From positions 1,216,001-1,280,000 of the forward strand of contig OY970309.1 in the NCBI GenBank assembly GCA_963716395.1: a DNA stretch of 64,000 bases. The letters run 5' to 3'. A program made the translations under genes and the position numbers. The DNA is from an uncultured Fibrobacteria bacterium. GTDB taxonomy: Bacteria > Fibrobacterota > Fibrobacteria > UBA11236. Positions 48,942-58,607 of this stretch are shown piece after piece. The first letter of the stretch is position 1. The number at the start of each line of letters is the position of its first letter. The notes under the pieces were generated by a model that saw only the letters and a program-made list of their open reading frames with translations, did not search any database and was not told the DNA's origin.

Positions 48942-49282
48942 ATGCCGCAACGGGATATTTCCAGCTTGCATTTGCCGCGCCCCTATCTGGAAAGGGTGCG
49001 CGCTCTCCTGCTCCGATACTCGCCTGCATCCGAAGTCTGGGCTTATGGAAGCCGGGTGACCGGAACCGGCATGAGGCCAGCGATCTGGATATCGTGCTGC
49101 GCAATTCCACCGATCTGAATTCCGAAAATTCCGGCCTTCTCGATCTCAAAGAGGGTTTCGTCGCCAGCGATTTGCCGATTCATGTCGACGTGTCGGATTG
49201 GGCGCGCATTCCCGCCGACTTTCGCAAGGAAATCGAGAATGCCTTCGTCGTGCTGCAGAAGGGAATCGACAAAGAAACTTGA
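48942..49282 (+). pseudogene. Frameshifted MNT (minimal nucleotidyltransferase) antitoxin
   Basis: The frame from ATG 48942 gives EVWAYGSRVTGTG and stops at 49118; HEASDLDIVL...LPIHVDV.DW continues in another frame. One base is missing near 49070. Confidence 0.8.
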
Positions 49283-49307
49283 AAGCGCCGCGGTCGCGGG
49301 CGGAAAG

Positions 49308-52205
49308 TCAACTTGCGACCGGCGGACACGAGCAGAACAAATTGCGATCGCCGTAAGCATTGTTCAAACGTCCCACCGCGGGCCAGAACTTGCGGGCGCG
49401 CACCCACGGCAGGGGAAAAGCCGCGGCTTCGCGCCCATAAGGATGGCTCCAGGCGTCGGCCGCCACTTCTTCGGCCGTATGCGGCGCCATTTTCAGAAGA
49501 TTGTCGACCCGATCCGCCGCGCCGCTTTCAAGGGAACGGATTTCCGCGCGGATGGAAATCATGGCTTCGCAAAAGCGATCCAATTCGGCTTGGCCCTCCG
49601 ACTCGGTGGGCTCCACCATCAAGGTTCCGGCCACGGGAAAAGAAACCGTGGGCGCGTGAAAGCCGTAATCCATCAGCCGCTTGGCGATGTCTTCGACCTC
49701 GACGCCCGCGCTGGCCTTGAAGCCGCGGCAGTCGAGAATCAACTCGTGAGCGACGCATCCCTGTTCGCCCTGGTAGAGCACGGGATAATAGGGTTCGAGC
49801 TTGGCCTTCAAATAATTCGCGTTCAGAATCGCGACTTCAGTGGCGCGGCGCAAATTCGCGCCGCCCATCAGGCGGATGTAGGCCCAGGAAATGGTGAGAA
49901 TGCTGGCGCTGCCGAAAGGCGCGGCCGCCACGGCCGAAATCGCCCGGTCGCCGCCGGTTTTCACCACCGGGTGCCCGGGCAAAAAAGGCCGCAGGTGCTC
50001 GGCCACGCAAATGGGCCCCATGCCGGGCCCGCCGCCGCCATGGGGAATGCAAAAGGTCTTGTGCAAATTGATGTGGCACACGTCGGCCCCGATGCGGCCG
50101 GGGCTGGTGAGCCCGACTTGCGCGTTCAAATTGGCGCCGTCCATGTACACCTGCCCGCCCGCGTCCTGGAGGATGCGGCAGGCTTCGACGATGCCGGTTT
50201 CGAACACGCCATGCGTCGAGGGGTAGGTGATCATGGCGCAGCACAAATGATCGTGGTGCTCCTGGGAGCGCCGGCGCAAATCTTCGAGATCGATGTTGCC
50301 GCTTTCGTCGCAGCGCACGACCACGACGCGCAGGCCGGCCATGGTGGCGCTGGCGGGATTGGTGCCATGCGCCGACGAAGGAATCAGGCACACGTCGCGA
50401 TGCGCCTGCCCGCGGCTTTGCTGCCAGGCGCGAATCACGAGCAATCCCGTGTATTCGCCTTGCGATCCGGCATTGGGTTGCAGGGAAACTCCGGGAAGAT
50501 CCGTGACGGCGGATAAATCGCGTTCCAAGTCCCGGAAAATGCGGTAATAGCCCGAGGCCTGTTCAGCCGGCGCAAACGGGTGCAGATCGGCGAAGCCGGG
50601 CCACGACAAGGGCAGCATTTCGGCCGCAGCGTTGAGCTTCATGGTGCAAGATCCCAGCGGAATCATGGAGGTGGTCAGCGACAAATCCTTTTTCTCCAAG
50701 GCGCGGATATAGCGCAGCATTTCATGTTCGCTGCGGTGGGTGTGGAACACCGGATGCGTCAGGAAAGGGCTGGAACGCCGCAGCGCCGCGGGAATATTTT
50801 CATCCCATCTTTCGGACAGGCGTTTGAGATCGGATTCGCCCGCAGCCTTGCGCCCCAAGGCCGTGGCAAAGACGCCGGCGATTTGGGCCACGGTATCCAG
50901 GCCCCAGGTTTCGTCGGCGCTGATGCCGACGCTTCCGTCGCCGGCGTAGCGGAAATTGATGCGGGCCGTAGCTGCCGCGTTACGCAAGGCCTCCAGGGCG
51001 TCGGCGGGGAGCTTCACCTGCAAGGTGTCGAAATAAGCCGCGTGCAGCGACGTGCAACCCATTTCCGTTAAAACCGCATCCAGCAGCCGGGCCAGCGCAT
51101 GCACGCGGCCGGCCATGCGGCGCAAGCCCTCGGGGCCATGGTAGACGGCGTAGAATCCCGACATCACGGCCAACAAAACCTGGGCCGTGCAAATGTTACT
51201 CGTGGCTTTTTCGCGGCGAATGTGCTGCTCGCGCGTTTGCAGGGCCATGCGCAGGGCGCGGCGGCCATGGCGATCCACCGACACGCCGATGATACGTCCG
51301 GGCAGATGCCGTTTGGCCGCGTCGCGACAGGCCATGAAGGCCGCATGCGGGCCGCCGTAGCCCATCGGCACACCGAAGCGCTGGGCCGAACCCACCGCGA
51401 TGTCGGCCCCGAATTCTCCCGGCGGCTTGAGCAACGTCAACGATAAAAGGTCGGTGGCCACGGCCACGCCCGCTCCCGCGGCCTTGGCTCGGGCCACGGC
51501 GGATTCGATGACGGCGGGATCGTCGATGCGGCCGAAGGTATCGGGGTATTGCAATAAGACGCCGAAGGTTCCGGCCGGAATGTTTCCGGCCAAGACATTG
51601 GTCATGCGCAAATCGATGCCCAGCGGTTCGGCCCGCGTCTGGAGCACGGCCAGGGTTTGCGGATGGCAATGCGTCGAAGCCAAAAAAGTTTTCCGCGCTT
51701 CGTCGGAGCGCAGGGCGAACAGCATGCTCATGGCTTCGGCCGCGGCCGTGGCTTCGTCGAGCAAAGAGGCGTTGGCGATTTCCAGGCCGGTAAGATCGAG
51801 GATCATGGTTTGATAATTCAACAAGGCTTCGAGCCGGCCCTGCGCGATTTCGGCCTGATACGGCGTGTATTGCGTGTACCAGCCGGGGTTTTCCAAAACG
51901 TTGCGTAGAATCACCGGCGGCGTCACGCAGGGCGAATACCCCATGCCGATGCACGAGCGCCACACCTGGTTCTCTTCGGCCCGCGATCGGGCCAGGCGTA
52001 GAAACGCGGCTTCGCTTTCTACGCCGGGGATGTCGGCCGGTTTGCCGAGGCGAATGGCGGCGGGAACCGTGCGCGCCATCAAGGCGTCGAGGCTGGGCGC
52101 GCCGATGCTTTGCAGCATGGCCGCGGTTTCTTTTTCATCCGGGCCGATATGGCGCGCGGCGAATGCTTCCACGGGTCGCAGGGCGTCGGCAAGCGTTTCG
52201 GACAT
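49308..52205 (-). CDS. gcvP: Glycine dehydrogenase (glycine cleavage P protein)
   Basis: Motifs WYTQYTPYQAEIAQGRLEAL, IRREKATSNICTAQ and HINLHKTFCIPHGGGGPG. Confidence 0.97.
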   Translation of the reverse strand: MSETLADALRPVEAFAARHIGPDEKETAAMLQSIGAPSLDALMARTVPAAIRLGKPADIPGVESEAAFLRLARSRAEENQVWRSCIGMGYSPCVTPPVILRNVLENPGWYTQYTPYQAEIAQGRLEALLNYQTMILDLTGLEIANASLLDEATAAAEAMSMLFALRSDEARKTFLASTHCHPQTLAVLQTRAEPLGIDLRMTNVLAGNIPAGTFGVLLQYPDTFGRIDDPAVIESAVARAKAAGAGVAVATDLLSLTLLKPPGEFGADIAVGSAQRFGVPMGYGGPHAAFMACRDAAKRHLPGRIIGVSVDRHGRRALRMALQTREQHIRREKATSNICTAQVLLAVMSGFYAVYHGPEGLRRMAGRVHALARLLDAVLTEMGCTSLHAAYFDTLQVKLPADALEALRNAAATARINFRYAGDGSVGISADETWGLDTVAQIAGVFATALGRKAAGESDLKRLSERWDENIPAALRRSSPFLTHPVFHTHRSEHEMLRYIRALEKKDLSLTTSMIPLGSCTMKLNAAAEMLPLSWPGFADLHPFAPAEQASGYYRIFRDLERDLSAVTDLPGVSLQPNAGSQGEYTGLLVIRAWQQSRGQAHRDVCLIPSSAHGTNPASATMAGLRVVVVRCDESGNIDLEDLRRRSQEHHDHLCCAMITYPSTHGVFETGIVEACRILQDAGGQVYMDGANLNAQVGLTSPGRIGADVCHINLHKTFCIPHGGGGPGMGPICVAEHLRPFLPGHPVVKTGGDRAISAVAAAPFGSASILTISWAYIRLMGGANLRRATEVAILNANYLKAKLEPYYPVLYQGEQGCVAHELILDCRGFKASAGVEVEDIAKRLMDYGFHAPTVSFPVAGTLMVEPTESEGQAELDRFCEAMISIRAEIRSLESGAADRVDNLLKMAPHTAEEVAADAWSHPYGREAAAFPLPWVRARKFWPAVGRLNNAYGDRNLFCSCPPVAS

Positions 52206-52347
52206 GGGCGGTTCCTGAACTGGGGATCAAATCGAGCAAAGTAGCTTCTGCCCGGCCTTTCCCGTCGGGTTCGGGCCCTTTGTTAGTTTTGCCTGGCCGC
52301 GCAAGCGGGTTGGAACGACCCTGGTTTTCAAGCAAGGATAGGGACTT

Positions 52348-53358
52348 ATGGGTTTACGCATCGCCATCATGGGCGCCACTGGCGCCGTGGGGCAAGAACT
52401 GCTCCGCATTCTCGCAGAGCGCCGCTTTCCGGTGTCGGAATTGCGGCTTTTAGCCTCGGCCCGGTCGGCGGGAAAAACCCTGCGCTTTGCCGGACAAGAC
52501 CTGCGCGTGCAGGAGTTGACCCACGACTCATTTGCGGGCACACAACTCGTGCTGGCTTCGGCCGGGGGCAAAATCAGCCAAGAGTTCGCGCCGGCGGCCG
52601 TGAAGGCCGGCGCCGTGGTGGTCGACAACACCTCGCATTTCCGCATGCACGCAGACGTGCCGCTGGTGGTGCCGGAAATCAACCCCGAAGACATCGCCCG
52701 GCACAAAGGCATCATCGCCAACCCGAATTGCTCGACCATCATCATGTGCCTGCCGCTGTGGCCGTTACACCAACGTTACCGCATCCGCCGGGTGGTGGCC
52801 GCCACCTACCAGGCCGCCAGCGGCGCCGGGGCCGTAGCCATGGACGAATTGGAAAAAGAAACCGCGGCGCGTTTGCAAGGCCGCGAGTTCCAACGCACCG
52901 TGATTCCGCATCCGTACGCCTTCAATCTTTTTCCGCACAATTCTCCCATGACCGCGAACGGTTATTGCGAAGAAGAGATCAAGATGGTGAAGGAAACGCA
53001 GAAGATCTTTCATGACGATGCCGTGGCCGTCACCGCCACCTGCGTGCGCGTGCCCGTACTGCGCGCGCATTCCGAAGCCCTGAACGTCGAATTCGAAAGC
53101 GAGCCCGACCTGGCCGAAGCCTACGCGCTGCTGGCGCAAATGCCGGGGGTGCAGGTGATGGAAGATCGCGGGCAAAACCGCTGGCCCACGCCGCTGGACG
53201 CCTCGGGCAAAGATCCGGTTTTGGTCGGACGCCTGCGCAAGGATGCGAGCCAACCCAAGACGCTGGAGATTTGGGTGGTAGGCGATCAAATTCGCAAGGG
53301 CGCGGCCTTGAACGCAGTGCAAATCGCGGAGAAACTGTTTCTGCAAAAGGGGTTTTGA
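52348..53358 (+). CDS. asd: Aspartate-semialdehyde dehydrogenase
   Basis: Motifs GATGAVG, ANPNCST, YQAASGAG and DQIRKGAALNAVQIA. Confidence 0.97.
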   Translation: MGLRIAIMGATGAVGQELLRILAERRFPVSELRLLASARSAGKTLRFAGQDLRVQELTHDSFAGTQLVLASAGGKISQEFAPAAVKAGAVVVDNTSHFRMHADVPLVVPEINPEDIARHKGIIANPNCSTIIMCLPLWPLHQRYRIRRVVAATYQAASGAGAVAMDELEKETAARLQGREFQRTVIPHPYAFNLFPHNSPMTANGYCEEEIKMVKETQKIFHDDAVAVTATCVRVPVLRAHSEALNVEFESEPDLAEAYALLAQMPGVQVMEDRGQNRWPTPLDASGKDPVLVGRLRKDASQPKTLEIWVVGDQIRKGAALNAVQIAEKLFLQKGF

Positions 53359-53359
53359 C

Positions 53360-53677
53360 ATGCCCTCCGAATTCAAAAACGTTTCCGTGCCGGCGAAGGC
53401 CAATGTCTATTTCGACGGCAAGGTGCTGAGCCACACCTTGTTGTTTGCCGATGGCTCCAAGAAAACCTTGGGGCTTATTTTTCCGGGCGAATTCCGTTTC
53501 AACACCGAAGCTCCGGAGGGAATGGAAATGATTGCGGGCGATTGTCGTGTGAAAATGGCGGGGGAAGAAGGGTGGACCCGTTATCAAGCCGGCCAATCTT
53601 TCCGGGTTCCCGGCCATTCCCATTTCGACATTGGGGTGGATGCGGGAATCGCGGAATATATCTGCAGCTTCGGTTGA
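53360..53677 (+). CDS. ppnP: Pyrimidine/purine nucleoside phosphorylase (DUF1255)
   Basis: Motifs KANVYFDGKV.S, KTLGLI.PGE..F.T..PE and EYICSF. Confidence 0.9.
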   Translation: MPSEFKNVSVPAKANVYFDGKVLSHTLLFADGSKKTLGLIFPGEFRFNTEAPEGMEMIAGDCRVKMAGEEGWTRYQAGQSFRVPGHSHFDIGVDAGIAEYICSFG

Positions 53678-53832
53678 CGGCGGAAATAATTTCGCCGGCG
53701 GCGAAAAAAGTTTCGTTGCCGTCGTAGTGCTCGGTCTGTGTGCGCTCAAAGCTATTGATGTTCTCACACAGGAACGAAAAGCGTCACCCCATTTTCACCC
53801 GGACAGGTATCATGAATCGGGAGGCATGACCG

Positions 53833-56049
53833 ATGGCGACAATGCGTCTCTTCAGATTCAGTTGGTTGGCTTGGCTGGCCATGCCCTGCTTGGGGCAGTC
53901 TCCGTTGATCCCCGCAGACGTACTGACTTCGACCTTCACCACCCAGCAGCATCCTTATGCCGCCGCCATGAATTCCTTTCTGGCCAATCAAGCCGCCTAC
54001 GCGGCCAGCTTTACCCCGACCGGCCTCACCCGCGCCGACTATCTTCCCTTGATCGACAGCATCACGCGGGCCATGAAGACCTATCAGAACCCGGCCGGGC
54101 ATATCATTGATCCGGTCGAGGGTCGGGAGTTCCAGTACGCGACTCCCGCCTTCGCACACGCGGTCTCGGTCCTCTTCAAGAGCGGGTATACTCCGCGGAG
54201 CGACACGGCGCTTTTGAACGCGGGCATCTTGGCCTTGACCGTGGCCATTTCCGAAATGACCAGTAATGCGGTGCCCGATTCCCATGGCGATTTTTTCACG
54301 GTTCTCATCATGCAGGCCTATGAGAACTTCAAGGGAATCGTGCCGACAGCGACCCAGAACTCCTGGCGGACCAACCTCGGCAATATTGCGCCCGCCACCG
54401 TGTACCACAGTTCCGCGCCCAATTGGATCACGTTCAACATCGCCGGCGAATTCCTGCGCTATCAGGAGGGTCTGACCACTCTGGACTGGACGCAAGCGCG
54501 CATGACTTTCCAGGTCACGCGTATGGGCAATGACGGGCTCTATCAGGATCAGAATACCATCGACACGGCGTCGAATCCGGTGTCGAACATCGACGGCAAT
54601 TCGTTTGCCTACGACAACGTGGCCCGCGCCGAATTGGGAATCATTGCGCGCGGCGGTTATACCGGCACGTATTCCTCGCAGTTGAACCGGGCCTTGTGGA
54701 AGGGCGGCTGGACCAGCCTGCTTTATCAGTCGCCCGCCGGGGAGATGCCCACGGGCATGCGCAGTGCGGAGCACTTATGGAATGAGGGGTATACGGCGGC
54801 CAATTATGAAATGTGGGCCGAACAATACAAGTTGGCCGGTTATCCCAACATCGCGGGCGCCTTCAAAAGGGCGGCGATGCTTTCGCTGGCGGTTAACAAG
54901 TTATGGCTGCGGCCCGATGGTTCGGGTTATGTCACCAAAGCGCGTTATCCCGCCAGTGCCAAATGGGGATACATGTCGTATTCGGGCCTGACCAACTACG
55001 ACGGACTCGACGCATCCATCTTGGCCACGGCCTGGCAAATCTCCGACTCGACCATAGTGGAAAAGCCCGCACCGGCCGACATCGGCGGCTACGTGCTTCC
55101 CATTCTGCCCGGCTTCAAAAAAATCTTCGCGAGCGCCGGTGGCACCTATGTCGAATATGACATTCGCGGTGATCAATCCCACACCCCCACCGGTTTAATC
55201 CGGGTGCATTTGAAAAATTCCCTGCCTCAGCTCGGCCCTTCGGACGGGGTGATCGGAACCTTCAATCCCAATGAACAGTATCGCCCGCTCTACCCAACGG
55301 CGGATCCCCCGGGGCTGCCGAACACCGGTATCGGTCCGGCCTGGCAGGTTTCCGGGCAATGGGTGCCCCTGGGCTCCTTGCAGCAAATTCCAACGGTCAC
55401 CGTGCTCGAGCAGACGCCGGCGCGCGCCTCGTTCCGGGTCAGTTATTCCATCGACTCGGGTTCGACCTTGCAGGAAACCGTCTGGGTGGAACCCGGCGGG
55501 GTGACCGTGACCGATTCCGTGATCGGCGGAGGAATCAACGCCCTGCGGATTTATTACCCCATGCTGGTTACCGATGGAGAACAACAAACCACGGTGCAGT
55601 TGGCGGGAAACGCCGTCACCTTGGGGTTACGGGGCCAGGGCGCCCAATTTTCGGTGCTCAGCCCCGCGAACGCCACTTTGATCCGGACGAACGTCCAGCG
55701 CAATCACCGCAACGGCCGCTGCGAGATTGTGTACGCAGATGCGGGCCGGGTTGCACAGTACCGGGTCACCGCCTGGCCGGTTTATGTTCCCCCCGTTCCC
55801 GTCACGAGACCTTCAGCGGCACAAGCTTTCCCCAACCCCGTCCTCCATTTCGACGGCGCTTTTTTGCTGGTGGAAGAGTCCGGAAATCACCGCGAAGAAA
55901 TTCGCACACTCTCCGGCCACCTGCTGTGGTCGCGCACGGGTCATGGGATTACCCGCTATGATTTGCGGAACGTCGGGCAGGGGCGGGGAGTGCTTTTGCT
56001 CTCGGTGGTCGGCGAGAGTGGCCGGACCTTCTTGAAAATAATGCACTAG
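53833..56049 (+). CDS. Large secreted hypothetical protein, possibly carbohydrate-active
   Basis: Signal peptide; helical N-terminal half and beta-rich C-terminal half; Pro linker; short CTD-like tail; SD GGGAGG. Confidence 0.75.
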   Translation: MATMRLFRFSWLAWLAMPCLGQSPLIPADVLTSTFTTQQHPYAAAMNSFLANQAAYAASFTPTGLTRADYLPLIDSITRAMKTYQNPAGHIIDPVEGREFQYATPAFAHAVSVLFKSGYTPRSDTALLNAGILALTVAISEMTSNAVPDSHGDFFTVLIMQAYENFKGIVPTATQNSWRTNLGNIAPATVYHSSAPNWITFNIAGEFLRYQEGLTTLDWTQARMTFQVTRMGNDGLYQDQNTIDTASNPVSNIDGNSFAYDNVARAELGIIARGGYTGTYSSQLNRALWKGGWTSLLYQSPAGEMPTGMRSAEHLWNEGYTAANYEMWAEQYKLAGYPNIAGAFKRAAMLSLAVNKLWLRPDGSGYVTKARYPASAKWGYMSYSGLTNYDGLDASILATAWQISDSTIVEKPAPADIGGYVLPILPGFKKIFASAGGTYVEYDIRGDQSHTPTGLIRVHLKNSLPQLGPSDGVIGTFNPNEQYRPLYPTADPPGLPNTGIGPAWQVSGQWVPLGSLQQIPTVTVLEQTPARASFRVSYSIDSGSTLQETVWVEPGGVTVTDSVIGGGINALRIYYPMLVTDGEQQTTVQLAGNAVTLGLRGQGAQFSVLSPANATLIRTNVQRNHRNGRCEIVYADAGRVAQYRVTAWPVYVPPVPVTRPSAAQAFPNPVLHFDGAFLLVEESGNHREEIRTLSGHLLWSRTGHGITRYDLRNVGQGRGVLLLSVVGESGRTFLKIMH

Positions 56050-56222
56050 AATTTCCCGTCTCGGCCGGACCATACCCAAAAGCCGATCCGTTCCGTTTCC
56101 CGTCGCTTTGACGCGCGGCCTGTCAAACTGGCAGCGGATCGCCCTGGATTTTTATACCGTCGCCCCCTATGCTCATCAGGCGGCGCAACCCGATGACGAG
56201 GGGTGCCGGAAAAGGAGCCGCC

Positions 56223-56630
56223 ATGTCGTTCCTGGATTGGCGCCCGATTTATTCCGTGGGCGTAAACACCATCGATCAGGAGCACCAAAAACTGATCGGG
56301 TTCATGAATCAATTCCTTGACCACCACATGGCGAAAAAATCCGCCGACGCGGTGACCAGCCTGCAGGCGTTGCTGGGTTACACCCAGGTTCACTTCGCCG
56401 ACGAAGAGCGCCTGATGGCGACCTGCCATTACCCCGATCTCGCCAACCATCAGCAGGCCCATATCCGGCTTTTGGAATCGGTGCGAAAACTGGCCGCAGC
56501 CTACGGAAGAGAAAATTCCACGGCCAATGCCGAAGCTCTGGCGAAATTCCTGAAAAGCTGGCTGGTCAATCACATTCTCGGCGTCGACAAACAATATTCT
56601 TCTTCCATGATCCATCACGGTATTCAATAA
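56223..56630 (+). CDS. Bacteriohemerythrin
   Basis: Motifs W...YSVGV..ID.EH, HFADEE, H...H and WLVNHILGVD. Confidence 0.93.
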   Translation: MSFLDWRPIYSVGVNTIDQEHQKLIGFMNQFLDHHMAKKSADAVTSLQALLGYTQVHFADEERLMATCHYPDLANHQQAHIRLLESVRKLAAAYGRENSTANAEALAKFLKSWLVNHILGVDKQYSSSMIHHGIQ

Positions 56631-56753
56631 TTAGCGACGGATTTTGTTTGCCCGCGGTGGCCGGGTCATGGTCGGCGAGTTCGCCATCTTATCCGGATCT
56701 CCACCGGCTTCCCGTTCGGACTTCCCGCCAACCGAGATCCTATTTTGACGGCC

Positions 56754-58607
56754 GTGAACCTTTCCCAACCCCTGCAAAGCCCGCTGTCGCGGCGCATGCT
56801 GGTTTGGACTCTGACCACCGTCGTGGCCGTAACCTTGCTGGAGTCGGCGGCTCAACTGTATTTCAATTATTCCGAAGACGTCTATCGTATCCGGCAAAAT
56901 ATCGGCCAGGAATTGCGCCACCATTTGCCGCCCCTGAGCAACGGGTTGTACCACAACGACGATCAAAAGTTGCGCATCGAACTCGAATCCCTGCTGCAGG
57001 ATCCCGATATCGCCTATGCCGCGGTATGGAGCACCGCGGATCTGCAGCACGTCCGGGTTCAGCGGGGGGAAAACCGATTGCCCTACCCCTTGTATCAAAG
57101 CTACCGCCTCGTGTACCGGCTGCCGGCCGGCCAGCCTCTGCCCGTCGGCTTTTTGCAGGTGGTCGTCAATCTCGCCGAAGCGCATAAGCGCCTTTGGCGC
57201 AATGCCCTGGTCAATATTTCCTTTAACGGCTTGACCATCTTGGCCGTCTCCCTAGCCATTCTGCTGCTCACCCATATCGGTGTCGTACGCTATTTGCACC
57301 TCATGGCGCGCCATGCCGCCGACCTCGACCTCAACCGCCTGGATCGACCCTTGCAAATCCGCCGTCTGTTCCGGCGGCAACGTCCCGACGAAATCGATCA
57401 GGTGGTCTATGCCTTGAATGATTTGCAGTCACGATTGCGCGAGGATATCCTGAAACGCCAACAGATCGAACGCCGACTGCAGCAGGCCCAGAAGCTGGAA
57501 TCTTTGGGAACCTTGGCCGGTGGCGTGGCGCATGACATCAACAACGTGCTGGGAATCATATTGGGTCAAACCGAATTGGCGTTGGCCTCCTTGCCCCCGG
57601 ATACGCCGGCCCGCGAGCGGCTGGAATTGTCGATCCAGGGCGTAGACCGCGCTAAACGCATCGTGCATCAAGTGCTGGCCTTCAGCCGCCGCAGCGACGT
57701 GCGCCGGCGGCCGCTCGACATCGCCCGCGCCGTACAAGACGCGCTCTTGCTCCTGCACGCCACCATCCCGAAAACCATTGAACTTCGCTCCGACATCGAG
57801 AACCGCGGCGACGTCATCATCGCCGACCCCACCGAAATTCAACAGGTATTGATGAACCTTTGCGGAAACGCGGCCCAGGCCATGCCTCAGGGTGGAACCC
57901 TGTTCGTCAATTTGCTGCGGGTGGAAATTTCAACTGAAGATCTCGACGCCAAAATCGGCGCGCCTCCGGGATCGTATTCCCTGCTCACCGTGCGCGACAC
58001 CGGACACGGAATGGATCATGAGACCCAGGAGCGGGTGTTTGAGCCCTATTTCACCACCAAGGAAATCGGCAAGGGTACGGGCCTCGGGCTCTCGGTCGTG
58101 CACGGTATCGTATCCGCGCTCAAAGGCACCATTACCGTTCATAGTGCTCCGGGAGCGGGAACCACCTTCCGCATATTTTTGCCCCGCGCCATTTTGGATG
58201 AAGATTCCACCCCTCCAGCAGTTGCCCGGCCCGTCTCGGAACATTTGCTTTTGGTCGACGATGACACCCCGCTCTTAGAATCTCTCGGGCATTCCCTGGA
58301 AAAAATCGGTTACCGTTTGACGCGTTGCGTCGATGGCGAACAAGCTCTGCAAGCCTTAAAACATTCACCGCGTGAATTTGATGCCTTAATTACGGATTTG
58401 ACGATGCCCCGTCTTTCCGGGTGGGACCTCGCGGTGGCCGCCCGAAAAATCCGACAAAACCTTCCTATTATCCTCTGTTTAGATCTCGGCGAAAGCGTGC
58501 ATGAAAAGCAAAATGACGGAAGCGAATTTTACTTGGTTTCAAAACCCGTGTTACGCGATGAATTGATCCATGCTTTACGTTTGATTTTTGATACAAAAAA
58601 TGTTTGA
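56754..58607 (+). CDS. Membrane hybrid sensor histidine kinase (HAMP-HisKA-HATPase-REC)
   Basis: Motifs GGVAHDINN, NLCGNA, DTGHG, FEPYFTTK and GTGLGL; receiver TDLTMP; start is either TTG 56745 or GTG 56754. Confidence 0.93.
   Translation: MNLSQPLQSPLSRRMLVWTLTTVVAVTLLESAAQLYFNYSEDVYRIRQNIGQELRHHLPPLSNGLYHNDDQKLRIELESLLQDPDIAYAAVWSTADLQHVRVQRGENRLPYPLYQSYRLVYRLPAGQPLPVGFLQVVVNLAEAHKRLWRNALVNISFNGLTILAVSLAILLLTHIGVVRYLHLMARHAADLDLNRLDRPLQIRRLFRRQRPDEIDQVVYALNDLQSRLREDILKRQQIERRLQQAQKLESLGTLAGGVAHDINNVLGIILGQTELALASLPPDTPARERLELSIQGVDRAKRIVHQVLAFSRRSDVRRRPLDIARAVQDALLLLHATIPKTIELRSDIENRGDVIIADPTEIQQVLMNLCGNAAQAMPQGGTLFVNLLRVEISTEDLDAKIGAPPGSYSLLTVRDTGHGMDHETQERVFEPYFTTKEIGKGTGLGLSVVHGIVSALKGTITVHSAPGAGTTFRIFLPRAILDEDSTPPAVARPVSEHLLLVDDDTPLLESLGHSLEKIGYRLTRCVDGEQALQALKHSPREFDALITDLTMPRLSGWDLAVAARKIRQNLPIILCLDLGESVHEKQNDGSEFYLVSKPVLRDELIHALRLIFDTKNV

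Noticed and set aside
48935-49282. The 115-aa ORF-track protein as an intact MNT
   Set aside because: Its N-terminal part lacks the GS motif, which is in a different frame.
52206-52347. Glycine riboswitch for gcvP or lysine riboswitch for asd
   Set aside because: No recognisable aptamer consensus, and the gap is too short for a lysine or tandem glycine riboswitch.
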